A stretch of DNA of 32,000 nt from the NCBI GenBank assembly GCA_964534665.1, contig CAZHRT010000010.1:1-32000 (forward strand), written 5' to 3'. Source of the stretch: an uncultured Methanosarcinales archaeon (lineage in GTDB: Archaea; Nanobdellota; Nanobdellia; Woesearchaeales; JAHJBD01). Position numbers and translations under genes: made by a program. The notes beneath the pieces were generated by a model, which made no database searches, had not been told where the DNA came from, and worked only from the letters and a program-made list of their open reading frames with translations. Of the stretch, positions 25,088 to 32,000 are shown piece after piece. Position 1 is the stretch's first letter. Each line of letters starts with the position of its first letter.

Positions 25088-25504
25088 TTATTCACCAATA
25101 ATCTTAACAAGAACTCGTTTTTTTCTTTTACCGTCAAATTCGCCATAGAATATCTGCTCCCAGGGGCCAAAATCAAGTTTGTTATTTGTTATTGCTATGG
25201 TTACACTTCTACCCATAATTGTTCTTTTAAGGTGAGCATCTGCATTATCTTCATAACCATTATGTTGGTATTGATTGTATGGTTTTTCAGGAGCTAAATG
25301 TTCTAACCATTCTTCAAAGTCATTATGTAATCCAGGTTCGTCATCGTTGATGAATACAGATGCTGTAATGTGCATTGCGTTTACTAATATGATTCCTTCT
25401 TTAATATTTGATTCTTTAAGACATTGGTTAATGTCTGGTGTTATGTTAATTAGTTGTCTTCTTTTATCTGTTTGGAACCAAAGTTCTTTTCTGTATGATT
25501 TCAT
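25088..25504 (-). CDS. YjbQ family protein (UPF0047, secondary thiamine-phosphate synthase-like)
   Basis: [94 protein letters not shown]. Confidence 0.92.
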   Translation of the reverse strand: MKSYRKELWFQTDKRRQLINITPDINQCLKESNIKEGIILVNAMHITASVFINDDEPGLHNDFEEWLEHLAPEKPYNQYQHNGYEDNADAHLKRTIMGRSVTIAITNNKLDFGPWEQIFYGEFDGKRKKRVLVKIIGE

Positions 25505-25539
25505 AAAAATAAGAAAGTAAAAAAATAATAAAAACTTTT

Positions 25540-26604
25540 CTATATATCCTGGATTGCATCTGTTGTAACCACATAGTTTGCTTCACCGTCTGCAAGGTTT
25601 GGGGCGTCAACAAGTTTCGCAACCCTAGTGCCTTTCTTACCTTTTCTTAGATAGATCCTAAATGCGCTGTTGTGTGCAACCACGTGGCCACCAATGGCTT
25701 CTGTTGGATCACCAAAAAAAGTATCTGGTTTTGACATAACTTGATTTGTTACATAAGAAACCAAATTATTAGTTATTGCTAATTTAGACAAGATATGCAT
25801 ATGTTTGTTAAGTTTTTGTTGTCTGTCTGCTAAAGTTCCTCTGCCAACAAATTCTGCTCTGAAGTGTGCAGTTAAACTGTCTACAATGACTAATTTAACA
25901 TCTAAACCTTGTTTTTTTATCAAATCTTCAACTTTTTCTGCTAAAAGCATCTGATGATCAGAGTTGAATGCTCTTGCAACCTTAATATGTTTTAAAACGT
26001 CTTCTGGATCTAAACCAGCGCCCTTTGCAAACTGTATTATTCTTTCAGGTCTAAAAGTTGATTCTGTATCAATGTATACTGTATAACATCCAGGATATTG
26101 TTTTTGAACATTTACAGCAAGTTGATGTGCAATTTGTGTTTTTGAAGAACCATACTGACCGAAACATTCAGTAATACAACCACTTTCAAAACCGCCATCT
26201 AAAAGGGCATCAAATGCACTACTTCCAGTACTAATCCTAATGATACGTTTTCTTTTCTCTAGAACTTCGTTACCAGATTCGAAACCCATTTCTAATGCAG
26301 CTCTTGCTCCAGCAATAACTTTTTTTGCTGTTGCTTGAGTCATCCCTGTTGCATCAATTAATTCACCAGGAGTTGCTACTGCAACTGCCATTAAATCTTG
26401 AAAACCAGCAGTTTGTAATTTTTCTGCTGTAGCTGCTCCTACGCCAGGTAAATCACAAATTGTTTTTTGTTTAACTTTACATTTAACTTTAGTATCTTCT
26501 GTTTGTTCACATTCCATTTCTGTATGTTCAACTTCAGGATTTTCTAATTCTTGTTCCACTTTTTCCACCTCAGGATCTTTATTTTTATCAGTCATAAATA
26601 CCAC
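25540..26604 (-). CDS. radA: Archaeal recombinase RadA
   Basis: N-terminal HhH domain [105 protein letters not shown]. Confidence 0.95.
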   Translation of the reverse strand: MVFMTDKNKDPEVEKVEQELENPEVEHTEMECEQTEDTKVKCKVKQKTICDLPGVGAATAEKLQTAGFQDLMAVAVATPGELIDATGMTQATAKKVIAGARAALEMGFESGNEVLEKRKRIIRISTGSSAFDALLDGGFESGCITECFGQYGSSKTQIAHQLAVNVQKQYPGCYTVYIDTESTFRPERIIQFAKGAGLDPEDVLKHIKVARAFNSDHQMLLAEKVEDLIKKQGLDVKLVIVDSLTAHFRAEFVGRGTLADRQQKLNKHMHILSKLAITNNLVSYVTNQVMSKPDTFFGDPTEAIGGHVVAHNSAFRIYLRKGKKGTRVAKLVDAPNLADGEANYVVTTDAIQDI

Positions 26605-26913
26605 CTACATGACGATGTCCTCAACATCGTCTTGTACTTGTGTATCGTCCTGGTTCTTTAAAACCAGGTATTCATATGCTTTTGTTATAACTAAAGCTGC
26701 TTTTGGCAGATCATTTAATCGCATAGAATTCGTTGTTTGCCACTGGCCACTTTTATCAGTGTATACTCTTTGTAGAGATACTGTCCGATATTCGTTTTGT
26801 TCACCAGTCTTACTAGTGCCTGTATTTTTCCATACAGTTGCGCTTATTGCGCCAGTACTAAATTTTTTTTCAGGTTTGTTACCTGTGTTTGTTGGGTTTT
26901 CCATAGAAAACAC
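26605..26913 (-). CDS. Conserved small protein translationally linked to radA
   Basis: 102 aa containing GAISATVWKN....YRTVSLQRVYTDKSGQWQTTNSMRLNDLPKAALVITKAYEYLVLK. It abuts radA and is preceded by an AAGGAGG Shine-Dalgarno. Confidence 0.8.
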   Translation of the reverse strand: MFSMENPTNTGNKPEKKFSTGAISATVWKNTGTSKTGEQNEYRTVSLQRVYTDKSGQWQTTNSMRLNDLPKAALVITKAYEYLVLKNQDDTQVQDDVEDIVM

Positions 26914-26935
26914 CTCCTTGCTTTCGCATCTTATT

Positions 26936-27019
26936 TCAAACTTCCCTTTTATGGATCAGCTCCTCGTTTGAGGACACTACCCCAGGAAGCGGAGTAGTTG
27001 TCAATTTCTTAACAACCAT
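26936..27019 (-). CDS. Putative 27-aa leader/small ORF upstream of the radA operon
   Basis: MVVKKLTTTPLPGVVSSNEELIHKREV*. Its ATG lies about 25 nt downstream of a minus-strand TATA-like GGTATATAAA (about 27040-27049), consistent with leaderless translation. Confidence 0.4.
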   Translation of the reverse strand: MVVKKLTTTPLPGVVSSNEELIHKREV

Positions 27020-27163
27020 ATATTAAGTGGTGGAGGTTGTTTATATACCTTATGTGTAAGTGTCCTGTGTCCTGTGGTAAGGTGATTTTCTATTTTTAAG
27101 CTTAGATTTTCAAATATTTTCAAGAATAAGGGGTGTCCTGTGGTTAAGGATATATCCTTAAAA

Positions 27164-27616
27164 CTATAAATTAATTGTTTTGTAAATATTGATAAGAATT
27201 AGGCAGGAAAATATAAGATATTCTGCTGTTGCGCCAGTTTTTATCAGGCCTTTTATTTTAAATCTTGATATTGGATGCAATGGCATTATACCTTGATGTG
27301 TAATTGCATCTGAAATAATATGTGAAAGATATCCATAAAAAACTGCTTCTGCATAAATAAATTGTCTAAATAAAAAATATGAAATTGCCGAAAACATAAA
27401 TATTGCAAAGATGCCATGAAAAAAACCGCGATGTTCGAAAAGTTTGCCTATGATTCTTACTTTTGAACCTACTTTTGATTCAGGATGATCAATATCTGGC
27501 AAAACACTTGCTAAACAGCAAAGTGATATGAAAAGAATTTGATTTTCTGGTCTGAAAAATTCAATTAAGAAAAGTCCTGTAAGGAATCCAAATGCTAAGT
27601 GGGTTTTCCACATCAT
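27164..27616 (-). CDS. Membrane-bound metal-dependent hydrolase-like protein (YdjM/DUF457 family)
   Basis: MMWKTHLAFGFLTGLF, LASVLPDIDHPESKVGSK, EHRGFFHG, GYLSHIISDAITHQGIMPLHP. Confidence 0.85.
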   Translation of the reverse strand: MMWKTHLAFGFLTGLFLIEFFRPENQILFISLCCLASVLPDIDHPESKVGSKVRIIGKLFEHRGFFHGIFAIFMFSAISYFLFRQFIYAEAVFYGYLSHIISDAITHQGIMPLHPISRFKIKGLIKTGATAEYLIFSCLILINIYKTINL

Positions 27617-28611
27617 TCTATTTTTAATTCTTGAAGTTTGTCTATTTCTTCTTTGGGGTCTGGCTTAGGAAAAACTTGCATAGCTACAAATTCCATTCTA
27701 TCGAACATATCGTTTTTGCTTACGCGCCCAACTACTTTGATTTGATTACCTAATAAATCTGATTTTATCTTTTCAAGTGATTCTTGATTATCTTTTGCTG
27801 CTAATAATTGTTCTTTTGTTTTTTCTGTTAAATGTTCCATTTGATTTCTAAAAAATACTGTTCTTATTGTTTCTGTACCATCATCTAAGACTAAATTGAT
27901 TAAATAAGCATAAGCTGGAGTTACAACTCCGTGTTTTTCACAAGCAAAACCTGCATCTTTTGGTCTTGCCCTTTTGTTACATTCAGGACATACCTCATAA
28001 AACCTTGGATCAAAAACTTGAACAACTGTTGCAAAGATTTCTGTATTGTTATCTGCTTCTGTTAAGTCTTTTATTGGTTTTCTTTGAGTTTCTGGTTTTT
28101 TAATCTCTGCAATAGATTCTCCTTCTGGATTAAGAATTAATTTTGATCGTTCATTGATATGAATTTCTTTTTTACCTTGGTTTTCTCTAACATATCCACC
28201 ATTTATTTTAATTATTGTACCTTCTGCAAGATCTTTTAAGGTATTTGTTTGGTCACCCCATAAAACAAAACGAATTGTTCCTGTTTCGTCGCCTGCAATA
28301 AAAGAACCAACTTTTCCTGGAGAACCGTCTTTTCTTGAAAATTCTGTGATTGGAAATATATTTGTTACTCTAACTGTTGTTTCAACATCCCTCATTCCTG
28401 TTAAAATGTTTTTTACTTGTAATTTACCAGAAGTTTGTTCAAAAAGTTTTACACCTAATTCATTTGCAATTATGTGCGCTGCACCTTCTCTTGAAATAAG
28501 GCCAGAAAGTTGTTGAAGTTTTGCTTCAATCTTTTCATTAATATCTTTGTCTGATAACTCTGAGTTTTCTTTGATCTTTTCTATTATTTGGTCTAAAGGT
28601 ATTTGTAACAT
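27613..28611 (-). CDS. RPA-like single-stranded DNA-binding protein (OB folds plus zinc finger)
   Basis: OB-fold segments RVTNIFPITEFSRKDGSPGKVGSFIAGDETGTIRFVLWGDQ and TEIFATVVQVFD, a CPECNKR...FACEKHG zinc-finger-like motif, and a C-terminal OB segment. Confidence 0.85.
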   Translation of the reverse strand: MLQIPLDQIIEKIKENSELSDKDINEKIEAKLQQLSGLISREGAAHIIANELGVKLFEQTSGKLQVKNILTGMRDVETTVRVTNIFPITEFSRKDGSPGKVGSFIAGDETGTIRFVLWGDQTNTLKDLAEGTIIKINGGYVRENQGKKEIHINERSKLILNPEGESIAEIKKPETQRKPIKDLTEADNNTEIFATVVQVFDPRFYEVCPECNKRARPKDAGFACEKHGVVTPAYAYLINLVLDDGTETIRTVFFRNQMEHLTEKTKEQLLAAKDNQESLEKIKSDLLGNQIKVVGRVSKNDMFDRMEFVAMQVFPKPDPKEEIDKLQELKIE

Positions 28612-28668
28612 TGTAATATTGGTTAGATATGGTGTTTTAAATAGTTTTAGGTAGTAAAATGCATATAT

Positions 28669-31074
28669 TTATGGTGTTGTGCTAGTTGGTGCAGGGATAT
28701 TGCTTTTAATCCCTATTCCGTTCTGAATCTTACATTCGTTTCCTTCTTCATCAACTGGAACAACTGCAATAAAAACTGGGTCTGTGGTTGATTTTATTGA
28801 TTGTATGTCTTGGTATGCATTGAATAATTCTTTATCTGTAGTTTCTAAGTGATCTGGAAAATCAATAATTTCTTTTGTGCCTAGTTTGTTAAAAGGTGTT
28901 GTTTTGTAATAAACATGATATTTCTCTACGTCTTTGTCATCTGGCTCTTTCCAGCTTAACTTATCATCCAATGGAGCATAAACAATGTTTTTTGCTTTAG
29001 CTGGTGGCTTATCATCAATTGATTTACCCCAATTATAATTTGTAATTGCTAACCTTGGTACTACATTACCAAAATCATCAGTTGCAGTAACACCAAAATG
29101 AAGTTTAACTTCTGGACCTGCAGAAGGACTGTCTTCTAAGTCAGGATCTTTTAGAACTAATAAATATTGATTTTTATTTTCTATTAAGTATAAAGTATTG
29201 TCTTGTAAGTCTTGTCCTAGGTGTTTATAATTACAAGTACATTCTTCTATTGGATCACAAACCATTTCTATGTCTTTAATTGTTACTATATCTGCAATAT
29301 TAACTTCTACTTTATTTACAAGGTGCGCTTGATGATTTTCTAATAATATAGAATAAAATTCACTATCTGACCAGTATATTTGGAATGTTTCAATATCATC
29401 TTCGTTTGTCTTTTCCCATGCAATTAAAACTGAGTTTTCATCTTTAAGTTTATCATATACTTCTTTAATAACCACAGGTTTTGGTGGAACTTGATCAGGT
29501 ATTTCTAAAGCGAATTTGATTGTAGTGTTTTGAATTTTTGCTTTGTCTTGATTAGAGCAGTTTTTATCTCCTACTACTTTTAAAGTAATTGATGTGGTTG
29601 TCCCTGTGGCTATTACACCATTACATTTGCCTTTTTCACTAGGACTATAATGAATATTTGAAGATCCTGGTGAAATGGTTGTAGCTGCACAACAATCCCA
29701 ATCTTTTTCATAGTCCTTGTATTCTTGTTCATATCTTGAAGGTATTGTTGAATTTAAAACAACACAATTTTTAATGTACCTTGTTCTTTTTGTTTTACAA
29801 GGTTTAAGATTTTTGTAACCTGGGTCGTTATACTGATCTGTATCAATAAAAGCAAGTTGTGTTTTGTCTTTTTTGTAGAGTCTTGCACCTTTACCTGTTT
29901 TTACATCCCAACCATTTATCTCTGCTTTCTCGAACTTGTTATTCTTATAATTTTGAGTATAAGTAATCTTTTTTACTTCAAAAGGGTCTTTAAACTTCTC
30001 TGTAAAGAATCTTTCACCTACACCTGTAAATGTTTTCTTGATAGGGATATTATTAATTTTATATTTTGCAATCATACGATTATTGGGTTCAAGAATAATA
30101 TTATACGCATCATCTGGTAAATTATTTAGAGGTGTTAATTGACAATAACACCCTGTTTCTTCTGATTTTATACACGTTTCCATGTCTTTAACAAAATCGT
30201 CAAACAATTCTTTTTCAGGTGAATCGCAACCAAGTTCCCAACTTAAAATCCCTTCTTTTCTTTGTGGTTCTAGTTCTTTTGGTTTTGATTGTTTAGCATT
30301 ATATAACTTAAGATCTTTTAGTGCTTGATCTGTGCTTTCTGACAAAGATTTTCCTGAAAGTTCGTGTTGTTTAATTTTCTCGGACAATTCTTTTGCTTTT
30401 TTTGATACAATTTCATAAACTCTTAAATCAAAATTAAATTGATGATGATAATTGTTTTTTATTGTGTAAATTCCTGTTCTAGCATAAAACAAAGTATATG
30501 CTGAGAAAGGTAATGGTACAAAACCCCATTTTGCTCTTAATATATCAGATGAAGGGATAATGTCCCATAAAATAGGTTGTAATGAATAATAGCTAATATT
30601 AAGTTGAGTTTTTTCTTTTTTACTATATTCATAAATAAGAGCATAATTATTTTCAGGAAAGTTAAAGGGTTTTGAATATTCATTAAGATATTCTTCTAAG
30701 AATAATGTGAAATTTCCTTCTATTGTTTTAAAATTGGGATAACATTCTTTATCTTTCTTAGTTTGTTTATCTCTAAATGACCATAAGCTATAACCATCTG
30801 TTTCATTACAATGGTCAAGTGGAGCGTAAATACCTCCTTTTACAGCTAACTCTTTTAGAGATTCATAACCTGAAAATTTAGCTGATTGGTCTAGATAAAA
30901 ATCAATTCTATCCCCTTTTTCATAAGCTAAGAATAATGAAGATTGTCTTTTGCCAAGTTTTTGGTCAAAACTTTCATATTTATCTTGATATTTGAAAAAA
31001 GTAAGTGTTAAGATTACTATAAGGCCTATTACTAAAGGTATGTTGAAAAATTGTGCTTTTTTATTCATTTGCAC
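28669..31074 (-). CDS. Large N-terminally anchored surface protein with fibronectin-III-like repeats at its C-terminus
   Basis: N-terminal MNKKAQFFNIPLVIGLIVILTLTF (signal/TM; a pilin-like class III peptide is possible). FN3-like segments: VPPKPVVIKEVYDKLKDENSVLIAWEKTNEDDIETFQIYWSD and PPAKAKNIVYAPLDDKLSWKEPDDKDVEKYHVYYK. A more probable start is the ATG two codons downstream. Confidence 0.6.
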   Translation of the reverse strand: MQMNKKAQFFNIPLVIGLIVILTLTFFKYQDKYESFDQKLGKRQSSLFLAYEKGDRIDFYLDQSAKFSGYESLKELAVKGGIYAPLDHCNETDGYSLWSFRDKQTKKDKECYPNFKTIEGNFTLFLEEYLNEYSKPFNFPENNYALIYEYSKKEKTQLNISYYSLQPILWDIIPSSDILRAKWGFVPLPFSAYTLFYARTGIYTIKNNYHHQFNFDLRVYEIVSKKAKELSEKIKQHELSGKSLSESTDQALKDLKLYNAKQSKPKELEPQRKEGILSWELGCDSPEKELFDDFVKDMETCIKSEETGCYCQLTPLNNLPDDAYNIILEPNNRMIAKYKINNIPIKKTFTGVGERFFTEKFKDPFEVKKITYTQNYKNNKFEKAEINGWDVKTGKGARLYKKDKTQLAFIDTDQYNDPGYKNLKPCKTKRTRYIKNCVVLNSTIPSRYEQEYKDYEKDWDCCAATTISPGSSNIHYSPSEKGKCNGVIATGTTTSITLKVVGDKNCSNQDKAKIQNTTIKFALEIPDQVPPKPVVIKEVYDKLKDENSVLIAWEKTNEDDIETFQIYWSDSEFYSILLENHQAHLVNKVEVNIADIVTIKDIEMVCDPIEECTCNYKHLGQDLQDNTLYLIENKNQYLLVLKDPDLEDSPSAGPEVKLHFGVTATDDFGNVVPRLAITNYNWGKSIDDKPPAKAKNIVYAPLDDKLSWKEPDDKDVEKYHVYYKTTPFNKLGTKEIIDFPDHLETTDKELFNAYQDIQSIKSTTDPVFIAVVPVDEEGNECKIQNGIGIKSNIPAPTSTTP

Positions 31075-31730
31075 ATCACTTCCTCATAATTACATTTATT
31101 TGATGATGGTGGGCAAGGTGTACATTCCCACAATAATCTATAACCTACCCTATTACAAGCACACATTTGAGCTTGGTCTTGACTACATCTTTCTTCCCAA
31201 GGAGTAAAGCACCAGGTTCCTGGTTCTGCAGCTTTTGTGTAAAGGGTAATATTTGCTTGAATAAGTGTTGAACCAGGTGAATAAATCTTTGGAACTTCTG
31301 CACTAGCTTCAAGAATTGAACTGCTAAGAATAATTCTTTGGATTTTTGCAATTTTATAATTTGTTATTGTCTTTGGAACTTTTTGATCTGATAGTTGTAA
31401 TTTGAATAAAAGTTCTCCTTCGTATAAGCTATTAATTATTGTATTTGTTTCATTAATTAATTGTTCTTTATAATCATCATTTTCATAAGCTAGTGCAACT
31501 AATTCAGAAATTGTTGTCTGTTGATTGTTTAGGGTTATTGGTGTTCTTAGATAATTTAACATAAATGCGCTTTTCTCAACTTCTGAACTGACGTCAGTTA
31601 TTCTTAATTGGTTTTGTCTGTTTATATTATTGAATGAAAGCATAGTAACTAAGATAACTGCAACTAATAAAAAGTATGAAATAAAATGTAATACTGTTTC
31701 TGCTGTACCTAAAGCTGCTTTTTTATCCAA
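31065..31730 (-). CDS. Membrane-anchored secreted protein, pilin-like N-terminus and Cys-rich C-terminus
   Basis: MDKKAALGTAETVLHFISYFLLVAVILVTMLSF hydrophobic N-terminus; C-terminal CSQDQAQMCACNRVGYRLLWECTPCPPSSNKCNYEEVMCK. Overlaps the 28669..31074 gene. Confidence 0.5.
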   Translation of the reverse strand: MDKKAALGTAETVLHFISYFLLVAVILVTMLSFNNINRQNQLRITDVSSEVEKSAFMLNYLRTPITLNNQQTTISELVALAYENDDYKEQLINETNTIINSLYEGELLFKLQLSDQKVPKTITNYKIAKIQRIILSSSILEASAEVPKIYSPGSTLIQANITLYTKAAEPGTWCFTPWEERCSQDQAQMCACNRVGYRLLWECTPCPPSSNKCNYEEVMCK

Positions 31731-32000
31731 CTGGAGTCACCACCTGAATGTTTAAACGGCCCTTTACAAATTTATCTTTGTCCCAGATAAGAACATAAAC
31801 TTGTTTGTCAACTTTTGTAAATTGGTTTTTATCAAAACTAAACAAGAGCCATTGATCAAATAATTCTTTGTTATAATATAATGATTTATCGGTACATGCT
31901 GTACTTTTTAATGGACAAATTAAATTATTTGTTTCAAGATTTTTTAGTTGAAGTTTTGCTGTAATAAATTGTTTTTCTCCAAAATCAATAAGATCTTTTA
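31723..32000 (-). CDS. C-terminal part of an uncharacterised protein, truncated at the window edge
   Basis: Not in the ORF track. The minus-strand frame ends ...KDLIDFGEKQFITAKLQLKNLETNNLICPLKSTACTDKSLYYNKELFDQWLLFSFDKNQFTKVDKQVYVLIWDKDKFVKGRLNIQVVTPVG*. It overlaps the start of the next gene. Confidence 0.65.
   Translation of the reverse strand, partial: KDLIDFGEKQFITAKLQLKNLETNNLICPLKSTACTDKSLYYNKELFDQWLLFSFDKNQFTKVDKQVYVLIWDKDKFVKGRLNIQVVTPVG

Noticed and set aside
1234-31351. Track ORFs lying opposite or out of frame within larger genes (for example 1234..1497, 4622..4810, 5295..5609, 5926..6222, 7927..8151, 8227..8412, 8695..9057, 10542..10778, 11903..12208, 12650..12841, 14282..14494, 14973..15158, 16127..16312, 16584..17033, 17159..17443, 17690..18103, 23343..23612, 24354..24629, 25275..25520, 26609..26971, 26797..26997, 29857..30120, 30992..31207, 31145..31351)
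   Set aside because: Each overlaps a confidently assigned coding region in another frame and its translation has no recognisable motif, so these are treated as shadow ORFs.
1-32000. CRISPR arrays, transposons, inteins, tRNA/rRNA genes
   Set aside because: I looked for regularly spaced repeats, transposase motifs, intein insertions in radA and similar genes, and cloverleaf-like GC-rich segments. Nothing convincing was found by eye; tRNAscan-SE and Infernal runs would be decisive.

Overview
This is an AT-rich, gene-dense window that is almost certainly archaeal. It encodes archaeal-type uS2, RadA, RadB and an RPA-like protein, and has TATA boxes about 25 nt upstream of start codons. The phylum cannot be fixed from sequence alone. 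No rRNA, tRNA, CRISPR or transposon was recognised. The main interest is a contiguous module for ACP-independent fatty-acyl synthesis plus bacterial-type glycerophospholipid assembly. On the flank are an acyl-CoA carboxylase carboxyltransferase, a BCCP, a biotin-protein ligase, a biotin carboxylase and a hotdog thioesterase. Next comes a co-directional run of 16 genes (9813..24357): FabZ-like dehydratase, thiolase 1, a DUF35-DUF362 fusion, 2-oxoacid:ferredoxin oxidoreductase alpha, epimerase, DegT aminotransferase, 2-oxoacid:ferredoxin oxidoreductase beta and gamma, thiolase 2, FabG, acyl-CoA dehydrogenase, EtfB, EtfA, two PlsC-like acyltransferases and GpsA. This suggests an archaeon able to make fatty acids with CoA-linked intermediates and attach them to sn-glycerol-3-phosphate. 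The left side carries two membrane GT2 synthases, a cysteine-less DsbA-like protein, a Yip1-like membrane protein and radB. The right side carries uS2, YjbQ, a radA operon with an unusual P-loop and a structured leader, an RPA-like protein, and three genes for probable surface or pilin-like proteins. Several strong inverted repeats sit next to TATA boxes. All functional calls come from reading motifs; no database search was run.
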